A stretch of 64,000 nt of DNA, taken from positions 316,210-380,209 of the forward strand of contig CAZDCG010000001.1 in the NCBI GenBank assembly GCA_964503955.1. Reading direction: 5' to 3'. The notes below the pieces were generated by a model. The model worked only from the letters and a program-made list of their open reading frames with translations, was not told where the DNA came from and searched no databases. Below, in pieces: positions 27,281 through 35,317 of this stretch (within the stretch, counting starts at the first letter, position 1; every line of letters begins with the position of its first letter). Both the position numbers and the translations under genes were made by a program. This DNA is from an uncultured Gammaproteobacteria bacterium (GTDB lineage Bacteria; Patescibacteriota; Patescibacteriia; VMEV01; CAYQCH01).

Positions 27281-27315
27281 ATTTGTAAATTTGTAATGTA
27301 TTTGTGATTTGTACC
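27280..27315 (+). repeat. Right terminal inverted repeat of the GxxExxY cassette (atttgtaaatttgtaatgtatttgtgatttgtaccc)
   Basis: See the left repeat at 26858-26895. Confidence 0.8.
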
Positions 27316-27329
27316 CTTAATCATCCGCT

Positions 27330-28010
27330 ATGAAAGGAAAATTGATCGTCATCGACGGTATAGACGGTTCAGGAAAAGGCACGCAATTTGAGCTGCTGCT
27401 TGAAAAGATGGACCAGCTTGATATCCCCGTACAAACAAAAGACTTTCCGCAATACGGCAAAAAATCCGCCGGCGCGGTGGAAGAATATCTGAATGGCAAA
27501 TACGGCGACGCAAAGGAAGTGGGACCGTATCGGGCTTCCGTTTTATTCGCGGTTGACCGCTACGACGCAAGCCACGAGATGAAAAAGTGGCTGGCAGATG
27601 GAAGCCATGTCATCTGCAACCGGTATGTCACAGCCAATATGGGGCATCAGGGCGGAAAGATCCGCGACAAAGAAGAACGGATGCGCTATTTTGAATGGCT
27701 CAAGGAATTAGAATTCGGAATCTTTGATATCCCAAAACCCGACTTGAACATTTTTTTGCATGTTCCTCCTGAAACAGCCATTGAGTTGATCGAACAAAAA
27801 GGTTTTCGCGAATATATCGGAGGCGAAGGGAAAGATTTGCATGAAGGTGATTTACAGCATCTCAAAGAAACCGAGGAAGTATTTCTCCAGCTCGCTGATA
27901 TCATGCCAAATGCGCATATTATCTACTGCGCGCCGGAAGGCAAACTCCTCTCCCGCGAAGAGATTCATGAGAAGATTTGGGAAGTGGTGAGGAGGGAAAT
28001 TAACGTATAG
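27330..28010 (+). CDS. tmk: thymidylate (dTMP) kinase family protein
   Basis: P-loop VIDGIDGSGKGTQ, FAVDRY (DRY/H motif) and lid-region features of Tmk. Confidence 0.75.
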   Translation: MKGKLIVIDGIDGSGKGTQFELLLEKMDQLDIPVQTKDFPQYGKKSAGAVEEYLNGKYGDAKEVGPYRASVLFAVDRYDASHEMKKWLADGSHVICNRYVTANMGHQGGKIRDKEERMRYFEWLKELEFGIFDIPKPDLNIFLHVPPETAIELIEQKGFREYIGGEGKDLHEGDLQHLKETEEVFLQLADIMPNAHIIYCAPEGKLLSREEIHEKIWEVVRREINV

Positions 28011-28014
28011 TTTT

Positions 28015-28635
28015 ATGAAATGGAAAATTTCAACAGGTATTCTCTTGCTCATTACTCTTGCAGTCATCGGTTATTCATGGAAACAAAATCAGCCGCTAGA
28101 GAAAAACCAGGACACCCCCTCTGCTGAGCAGGAACTCGCTTATCGCGTCTATCAAAATGACGAGTACGGGTATCGCTTCCATTATCCTTCTTATTTTGAT
28201 GTTGACGGACAAAATGGAAGCGAAGTCTTTTTTCGAAACAATACGTGTTATCCCAATGAAGGACTCTGCATTCCAGGTATTGATACCATGATCATTCAGG
28301 TCTCAGAAGAACCATATTACAAAACAATGGATGAACTGGTTGCACTGGGTTCCGGGCGAGAAATCATTTCGATAAACCCACTTCCTGCACGTTTTGACCC
28401 TGAACAATTTCTCAAAGCTGTTCGTCATGAATTTCCAGGCGTCCCCAAGCAGGTGAAGGGTGGTTATACTTATGAGCTTTTCCATGACGGAAAGCTTTTC
28501 ACAATCTCATTTTCTCAGGGCGACTCATCTGTCTCAGCCTATAAGGACGATCAGTTCGTGAGTCTTACTAAGGACGACTATGATCCACTTGGAGATGAAA
28601 TAATGCGAACGTTCGAGTTCGTTGAAACTAATTAG
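28015..28635 (+). CDS. secreted hypothetical protein
   Basis: N-terminal signal/TM (ILLLITLAVIGYSW); no known domain. Confidence 0.5.
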   Translation: MKWKISTGILLLITLAVIGYSWKQNQPLEKNQDTPSAEQELAYRVYQNDEYGYRFHYPSYFDVDGQNGSEVFFRNNTCYPNEGLCIPGIDTMIIQVSEEPYYKTMDELVALGSGREIISINPLPARFDPEQFLKAVRHEFPGVPKQVKGGYTYELFHDGKLFTISFSQGDSSVSAYKDDQFVSLTKDDYDPLGDEIMRTFEFVETN

Positions 28636-28957
28636 CCTCTTCTTCTCGTCATTCCGGCGGATGAAGAATTCCTTGCAAAACAAGGCTTGCACCGGACAAG
28701 GCGAGAATCTCGAACTTCATCATCGTAGAGATTATTTATCGTTATAGATACCACCCCCAGCCCCTCCTTAAAGGAGGGGTGTTTGCTTTATTAATACTAA
28801 GTGGAATATATAGCCCCAAGAGCGACCCCACCTTATAGGAGGGGGCGCGACAAAGAAATTTTGTTAACAATCATCCCGCTGGTGGGGCGGTACTCGAAAA
28901 AAGAAAGCTCCATAAACGACTCGACCCCGCACAGTGCGTGAAAGCACCGTACGGGGT

Positions 28958-29950
28958 CTATATTGTGAGCCAGAGCTGCGCGCCGTGAAGCGCGAACCCC
29001 GAACTCAGGATGAGCCAGAAATTATCAGCCGGAGAGAGCATATCCCCCGGCCTTGGCTCTTTTGGCCACTGCGGAATCAGCTCCGCCAAAGCCGTTGCCA
29101 CGCCTACGAAAAGCGCGCAGACAATCACCCTGGCATCCGGGCCATAGAACCAATGCAGGACAGTAAACGAAATTACGGCCGCGATCGCAAAGCAGGTCAG
29201 CGACCCTTCGACCGTTTTGCTACCAAACGGCCACTTCACTTTGCCATAGCGTTTGCCGATCACGCGGGCGAATGGATCCGCCCAGGCTGTGATAAAACAG
29301 GCTGACGCCAGCACCCAGAGCGGGCACAGCACCCAGATAATGCCAAGCCCGGCCAGGAAGTCGAGCGACGAAGACCGGGTTCCGATCTCATGCGGCCGGA
29401 CCTTGATCCGATTGGCCGTCCAGACCATCCAGCGCGTGAGCGGCCAGAAGATCCAGGAACGCATGAACGCTTTCAACCTTGGCCGGCAGCGCAAAAGCTC
29501 ATACCAGGCAAAGAGCGCGAGCGATCCAGCCAGCAGCCATCCGCTCAGCTGATGGGCCGAATAGCTCAAGCCAAGTTCCGGGCTGACCGGCCAGGGGATC
29601 TGCCGGGACGCCAGCACCGAAATGACTGAGGTAAAAGCGAGCAGCAATGACACGCCGAGCAGCTGCTTTGCGTCCAACCAGGGCCTACTGGGCTTGAAGA
29701 AGCGGCCGATGACGACAGCGCAGCCAACCCAGAGAGCAAATGCCCCAAGAGCAACCAAGACATGACGGACCGGCAACACAACTTCGCCGGAAACGGTATT
29801 CGGTAGAAGGGCGGCAAGCGCCCCGCAAACCGAGATCGCGATTCCATGGAACCAAAAGCGCACCCACTCCTTGATGAATGGCTGCGGCACTGAAGGCGGG
29901 GCAGGCGCATCCGCCGCCTGATCCGGGAACATCCGCGGTGGCATGCGCAC
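28958..29950 (-). CDS. polytopic membrane protein of the CTP-dependent polyprenol/lipid kinase (dolichol kinase/CdsA-like) superfamily
   Basis: C-terminal GKRYGKVKWPFGSKTVEGS resembles the KR..G..K...KT.EG motif of DolK/phytol-kinase-like enzymes; ~8 TM segments. Confidence 0.4.
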   Translation of the reverse strand: MRMPPRMFPDQAADAPAPPSVPQPFIKEWVRFWFHGIAISVCGALAALLPNTVSGEVVLPVRHVLVALGAFALWVGCAVVIGRFFKPSRPWLDAKQLLGVSLLLAFTSVISVLASRQIPWPVSPELGLSYSAHQLSGWLLAGSLALFAWYELLRCRPRLKAFMRSWIFWPLTRWMVWTANRIKVRPHEIGTRSSSLDFLAGLGIIWVLCPLWVLASACFITAWADPFARVIGKRYGKVKWPFGSKTVEGSLTCFAIAAVISFTVLHWFYGPDARVIVCALFVGVATALAELIPQWPKEPRPGDMLSPADNFWLILSSGFALHGAQLWLTI

Positions 29951-30138
29951 CTCCCTTTCACCGCGAGTTTAACAAAGATCGCCAAATGTGGCCACAATGG
30001 ATTGTTTTTTAGGCGTTTTTCTGATAAGCTCGCTGGGAACAAGACCCGCAGACGCAACAGACTCCTTAGACTTACAGACAAGGAAAATGCGATGTCTGTG
30101 AGTCTTAAAGATCTGTGAATCTGTTATGTCTCACGTTT

Positions 30139-31662
30139 ATGCTAAAATACGAACCCGTGATCGGACTTGAAGTCCATGTTCAGCTCAAAACCAAGAGCAA
30201 GATGTTCTGCGCCTGCGATAATACCGGCGAGCATCAGGCTCCAAATACCACCGTGTGCCCCATCTGCCTTGGGCATCCAGGCACGCTGCCCGTGCCAAAC
30301 CGCCAGGCAATAGACTGGTCCGTTATGACGTCCATCGCTCTGAATTGCGATGTGCCGCAGATTTCAAAATTCGACCGCAAGCACTATTTTTACCCCGATC
30401 TTCCAAAAGGCTATCAGATTTCTCAATATGATCAGCCTTTCGGCAGCAATGGAAAAATCCTGATCACGCTTGAAGACGGCACGCAAAAAGAAATCCGCAT
30501 TAACCGCCTTCATCTGGAAGAAGACGCGGCCAAACTCACCCACTCCGACCAGGGTTCATTTGTCGACTACAACCGCGCCGGCACGCCGCTCATGGAAATT
30601 GTCACTGAACCGGATATCCGAACCCCGGAAGAAGCAAAAGCGTATCTGCAGGAATTGCGCGCTATTGTCCGCTATCTGGGCGTTTCCGATGCCGACATGG
30701 AAAAGGGACATTTGCGCTGCGACGCGAATATCTCCCTGCGCCCGCTTTCCGATGACGAACCATTCCTCTATCCAAAAACGGAAATCAAGAACGTGAACTC
30801 ATTCCGAGCGGTGGAACGCGCTTTGCAGTATGAAATCAAGCGCCAGACCGAACTCTGGGAAGAAGGCAATCCGCCAAAAGTCACAACCACGCGCGGCTGG
30901 AATGACACCGAACAGCGAACAGAAGAACAGCGCACAAAAGAAGAAGCCGCCGATTACCGCTATTTCCCTGAACCGGATATCCCCCCTTTCCATTTCGGCT
31001 ACAATCTTTCTGAAGAAGACGCGGCCAAAGGCATAATCGATATCCGCGGCCTTGAAACGGAAATTCCGGAACTCCCGGCGCAGAAACGTGAACGCTTCAT
31101 CAAAGAATACGGGCTCGATGCGCGCGGTGCTCATACCGTGATCTATGACCAGGATTTATCCGGCTACCTTGAACAGGTGATCAGCGAGCTTGAAAACTGG
31201 ACCAAGCATCATGACGATCTCTCCTGGGAAAAACATGGCCGGGAATTAGTGCGTTCTTCCGCCGGCTGGCTGACAAGCAAGTTCAGCAAGCTTTTGATCG
31301 ACACGGAAAGCACGATCAAAACGACCAAGGTCACGGCTGAAAATTTTGCGGAAATGATGATTATGCTGCAGAAAGGTGAAATCAACAGCACGACCGCGCA
31401 GAAAGTACTTGTGATCATGCATGAAACCGGCGGAGACCCGTCAAATATCGTCCAGACTCAGGGTTGGGCGCAGATGAATGATACCAACGCGCTTGAAGGT
31501 ATAATCAAAGAAGTGATTGCCGCGAATGAAAAAGTCGTTAACGACTATAAAGGAGGCCAGGAAAACGCGGTCCAGTTTTTGCTCGGCCAGGTCATGAAGG
31601 CCAGCAAAGGCAGCGCCAATCCGCAGGTTGCCATGGAACTTCTTAAGAAACTTCTCTCTTAA
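30139..31662 (+). CDS. gatB: aspartyl/glutamyl-tRNA(Asn/Gln) amidotransferase subunit B
   Basis: YEPVIGLEVHVQL...CPICLGHPGTLP... canonical GatB; start set at MLKYEPVIG (the track ORF starts 24 nt earlier at GTG). Confidence 0.95.
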   Translation: MLKYEPVIGLEVHVQLKTKSKMFCACDNTGEHQAPNTTVCPICLGHPGTLPVPNRQAIDWSVMTSIALNCDVPQISKFDRKHYFYPDLPKGYQISQYDQPFGSNGKILITLEDGTQKEIRINRLHLEEDAAKLTHSDQGSFVDYNRAGTPLMEIVTEPDIRTPEEAKAYLQELRAIVRYLGVSDADMEKGHLRCDANISLRPLSDDEPFLYPKTEIKNVNSFRAVERALQYEIKRQTELWEEGNPPKVTTTRGWNDTEQRTEEQRTKEEAADYRYFPEPDIPPFHFGYNLSEEDAAKGIIDIRGLETEIPELPAQKRERFIKEYGLDARGAHTVIYDQDLSGYLEQVISELENWTKHHDDLSWEKHGRELVRSSAGWLTSKFSKLLIDTESTIKTTKVTAENFAEMMIMLQKGEINSTTAQKVLVIMHETGGDPSNIVQTQGWAQMNDTNALEGIIKEVIAANEKVVNDYKGGQENAVQFLLGQVMKASKGSANPQVAMELLKKLLS

Positions 31663-31672
31663 ACATACTTGT

Positions 31673-32164
31673 ATGTCACAAACCGTTGCCGATGCCATGA
31701 ACGAGCGCGTCCACGGCAATACCATCCAGGATAAAATCGACGAAGATTACAAAGCGGCCTTCAAAGCCAAGGACGAACCGAGATTCAAGGCGCTACGCCC
31801 CGTGCTTGCCAAGCTGAAACAGGAAACCATTGACCGCCGCCATGAATTATCCGATGAAGAAATCCAGCAGGTATTGCGCACGGAAATCAAAAGCCGCAAA
31901 GACGCGACTGAACAGTTTAAACAAGGCGGCCGCGAAGATCTCGTTGAGCAGGCGGCCTATGAAATTTCCTTGATTGAAAGCTATCTGCCGGCCCAGATGC
32001 CAGACGAACATCTTGAAGCGATTGTCCGCGAAACCCTGGCTGCGATTGGCGCCTCCTCTCCTGCCGATATGGGCAAAGCCATGGGAGCTGTCATGGCCAA
32101 AGTGAAAGGCCAGGCTGATGGAGGAAGAGTAAAGGCTATGGTGGAGAAAGTGCTTAATGGATAA
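31673..32164 (+). CDS. yqeY: GatB/YqeY domain protein
   Basis: ...RFKALRPVLAKLKQETIDRRHELSDEEIQQVLRTEIKSRKDA...GKAMGAVMAKVKGQADG typical of YqeY; start at MSQTVAD. Confidence 0.8.
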   Translation: MSQTVADAMNERVHGNTIQDKIDEDYKAAFKAKDEPRFKALRPVLAKLKQETIDRRHELSDEEIQQVLRTEIKSRKDATEQFKQGGREDLVEQAAYEISLIESYLPAQMPDEHLEAIVRETLAAIGASSPADMGKAMGAVMAKVKGQADGGRVKAMVEKVLNG

Positions 32165-32165
32165 A

Positions 32166-32203
32166 GCTAAAAAGCTGAAAAACTCAAAAGCTTAAAAAGG
32201 CGC
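32166..32203 (+). repeat. Left inverted repeat flanking the four-helix-bundle gene (aaagctaaaaagctgaaaaactcaaaagcttaaaaagg)
   Basis: Reverse complement of 32655-32705 (gtctttatttttttagtttttcagctttttagcttttcagttttttg) matches with a few mismatches. Confidence 0.65.
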
Positions 32204-32276
32204 GGATGGTCCGGGCCTTTTTTGTGAATACGTGCTATAATTAATGCAAATTTAATTCTCTCTGCCCACACCTTTA

Positions 32277-32654
32277 ATGAATCATTTTATGAGTGGCGGA
32301 GCCTATAAGCAATTAGAAGACCGGACGACCATGTTTGCGATACAGGTTATCCGGTTTTGTCGTTCTGTAGGAGAAAAGCACTTATCAACAAGCATTGTTA
32401 ATCAAATAATACGCTCCGCGAGCTCTGTAGGGGCCAATTACAGAGAAGCAAACGAAGCCAAATCTCACAAAGAAAAGCTATACTTTCTTTATATCGTCAA
32501 AAGAGAGCTGAAAGAAACACAGTATTGGCTAGACGTGCTTGAGGAATTCGAAAATCCAACCATCGATTCTCAACGTAAAAACTTGCGAAAAGAGGTTACA
32601 GAATTACTAAATATTTTTATGAGTATCATTTTTTCCTTCCAAAAGAAAAAGTAA
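32277..32654 (+). CDS. four-helix-bundle protein (23S rRNA intervening-sequence protein family)
   Basis: ...IRSASSVGANYREANEAKSHKEKLYFLYIVKRELKETQYWLDVL... is the characteristic family signature. Confidence 0.8.
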   Translation: MNHFMSGGAYKQLEDRTTMFAIQVIRFCRSVGEKHLSTSIVNQIIRSASSVGANYREANEAKSHKEKLYFLYIVKRELKETQYWLDVLEEFENPTIDSQRKNLRKEVTELLNIFMSIIFSFQKKK

Positions 32655-32705
32655 GTCTTTATTTTTTTAGTTTTTCAGCTTTTTAGCTTTTCAGTTTTTT
32701 GAACT
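32655..32705 (+). repeat. Right inverted repeat flanking the four-helix-bundle gene
   Basis: See 32166-32203. Confidence 0.65.
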
Positions 32706-33694
32706 AATACCCCCACCAAAGTCTTTGCCTCCTCCACATCCCGCACCCACTTCACATCTCCATGCTTGCGCCACCAGGTCAATTGGCGCTTGGCATAGTT
32801 GCGCGTGACTTTTTTTGATTCTTCAATAGCCTGATCAAGCGTCCAGTTGCCTTGCAGATAGAATCCGATTTGCTGGTATGCATGCCCGGTCATGGCGACC
32901 ATATCGTACCCGTATTTCTCTCCGACGGCACGGACTTCTTCAACCAAACCGGCTTCAATCATTTTGTCGACACGGCCATTGATCCTCTCATAAACTTCTT
33001 CGCGGTCAACAACAGGCGCTAGATACAGCGCGTCAAATTTTGCCTCCAGCTTGCTTGGCGACTTAATCATTCTCCCCTGCTCAGCGATTTCAATCGCGCG
33101 GATAACACGTCGCCTATTCTGCACATCCACACGCCTTGACGCTGAGCGATCAACCGCCTCAAGACGCGCGATCAATTCAATATCAGACAGATCTTCAAGC
33201 TCTCTGCGCAGATTCGGATTGGGTTTTGCGTCAGGAATCTGCCAGTTTTCTAAAATCGCGGATGTATAAAGCGATGTCCCGCCGACAAGAATCGGCAATT
33301 TTCCGCGCGCAATAATTTCATTGATGATGCCAAAAGCCAGCAATTGAAAATGAGAAAGTGTCAGCAGTTGATCAGGGCGCACAACGCCGATCATATAGTG
33401 GGTGATTCCTTGCACGTCATAGACATTGATCAGTGCATCCTCAAGGCTGATTGGCGAATTTGTTTCTTCAAGTTTCTGTTCAATATCAAAAAAAGCTTTG
33501 TCTTTTGTGATCTCACGTGTGTCCGTCTGATGCCGCCCAGGTTCCTTATTGGTGCCAATATCCATTTCCTTATAAATCTGGCGTGAATCAACCGAAATAA
33601 TCTCTCCATCAAATTCCTTGGCCAAGGCCAAAGCCAGGTCAGATTTTCCTGACGCGGTCGTCCCGACAACAGCAATGACTTTCGGTTTATGCAT
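32675..33694 (-). CDS. miaA: tRNA dimethylallyltransferase
   Basis: P-loop VIAVVGTTASGKSDLA and ISVDSRQIYKEMDIGT motifs of MiaA. Confidence 0.9.
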   Translation of the reverse strand: MHKPKVIAVVGTTASGKSDLALALAKEFDGEIISVDSRQIYKEMDIGTNKEPGRHQTDTREITKDKAFFDIEQKLEETNSPISLEDALINVYDVQGITHYMIGVVRPDQLLTLSHFQLLAFGIINEIIARGKLPILVGGTSLYTSAILENWQIPDAKPNPNLRRELEDLSDIELIARLEAVDRSASRRVDVQNRRRVIRAIEIAEQGRMIKSPSKLEAKFDALYLAPVVDREEVYERINGRVDKMIEAGLVEEVRAVGEKYGYDMVAMTGHAYQQIGFYLQGNWTLDQAIEESKKVTRNYAKRQLTWWRKHGDVKWVRDVEEAKTLVGVLVQKTEKLKS

Positions 33695-33973
33695 AGTTGC
33701 CTGGATTATGAGGACTTGCCCGCGAACCTGTCAAACAGTAAACAGCCCGCCTATGCCTCGTGAAAAGCATAAGCGGGCCAAGAGGCGGGACAGGTCGGGT
33801 TGTATGGTCGACGATTGCGCCTCCCGCCTCTTTGCACTAATACCCGGAACGTGCGGGATGATTTCAGATTCCTCACGAGAAACCTTCATAACCTTCTATG
33901 ACGAGGATCCTTCCTGCTTATCTTGACAATTTTCATAAAATATGTTATTTTATAAGTTATAAAGGGGTGTTTT

Positions 33974-34288
33974 ATGAAGAAAAACAAGGACGAGAGCGGC
34001 CACCGCAGCGGTAGCCGAAAGAAGATCAGCAAAAAACACACAACATCCATCAAGGAAGCAGGCGCACTCGTTGATGCCGCGCTGAGGCTTCCCAAAGTGA
34101 AAATCTCCCTCGGGGAGATTAGACCGATCCCGGGAGGCCGGCCGCGCCTCAAGTTCGCGCCGGTGCATGGCGGGCACAAGGTCACGGTCCGTGGCCGCAC
34201 AGCCATCCAGTACGTCATGGTCTACTCGCCCCAGCCAGAGCAGACCAAGGCCGCCCTCGAGGCGCTCTTCAACGAGAAGTTCGGCTGA
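33974..34288 (+). CDS. hypothetical basic protein (104 aa) in a GC-rich patch
   Basis: TTGACA-type promoter and AAAGGGG SD; no recognisable family. Confidence 0.4.
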   Translation: MKKNKDESGHRSGSRKKISKKHTTSIKEAGALVDAALRLPKVKISLGEIRPIPGGRPRLKFAPVHGGHKVTVRGRTAIQYVMVYSPQPEQTKAALEALFNEKFG

Positions 34289-34954
34289 GAAGAACTCGAC
34301 CGGCGGATGCCATTCACGGTGTCCGCCGGCGCGAATGTCAAATTGCCCAAAGGGGCTTTTTTTATTTTGAAATAAACAGCGCCCCCAGCTTGTCAAAGCC
34401 GGAGGCGCGGGCTCTCTCAGGCGCAACCTTGACCAGGGGTGTCATGGTTTGGCGAAGAAAGACTGATGGGAATTGCTTCTGTGCAAGGCGTTCTTGCGCC
34501 GTCTGTCTGCGCGGAATCAAGTTCGATCTCGCACGCGCATACCAATCCCGCAAATGGATCGTATGTTTCGACCAATCTGCAGTCAGGAATACATTGGCGG
34601 GCAAATGCCGTCAGAAGCTCACAAAGCAGGTTGGCAAGACGGTGCCGCCAGGCGATATCGCTGACTCCCGACCGCCCCAGATACAGGAAACCAACAAGCC
34701 CTTCCCCAAATCCCATGGACAGCCGCTCCACGGGAAAGAGGGTGCAAATAAGCTCCGGGGCGAGCTGTCCCTCTTACACCCCGGCTAAACCGGCTCGGAT
34801 CTCTTTCTGCAGCCGCAGGAGGTCTGATTGAGACACTTGTGAAGGGATCCCGTACACAATAACGAAAGGCATCCGCGTTTCTCCTGTTTTGGGTACGTAT
34901 ATTTACGCCCCGGCCGTGGCTGGCCGAGGCGCATGCAGTTGATTTCCCTCCTTC

Positions 34955-35269
34955 TTACTTGATCTTCTGGCCGATGATCCTCGACAGGTCGTGAACGAAT
35001 GCCTGCCTGAGCCGCGCGCCGCCGCTGCGGCTGCGGCGGATGAAGATGTTCATGGACAGCATGATGCGCCCATCCATCGCCTTGATCTGCTTGAGATCAG
35101 CGACATTGAACAGGCACTGGTCCTCGCTGACGGAAGCGTTGATGTCGTTGCCGAGCTCGAGCAGCTCGCCGGCCACGGTCGGGGAGAAGTTTCCCCAGAC
35201 CCTGATCCGGACATCGTCGGCATCGATCCTGGTGCAAAGTTCGTTTTCCGTGTGAGTGATCGTTTCCAT
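34955..35269 (-). CDS. hypothetical protein (104 aa) in a GC-rich patch
   Basis: Strong AGGAGG SD 7 nt upstream of ATG; no recognisable family. Confidence 0.4.
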   Translation of the reverse strand: METITHTENELCTRIDADDVRIRVWGNFSPTVAGELLELGNDINASVSEDQCLFNVADLKQIKAMDGRIMLSMNIFIRRSRSGGARLRQAFVHDLSRIIGQKIK

Positions 35270-35317
35270 CCCTTTCCTCCTTATCAGGGTGCCGGCACTA
35301 TAACGAAATTGCCCAGC

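Noticed and set aside
34362-34880. Overlapping ORFs in all frames (34362..34604 -, 34417..34731 -, 34390..34788 +, 34439..34831 +)
   Set aside because: This is a GC-rich stretch where every frame is open. No start context or motif favours any one frame, so I left it uncalled.
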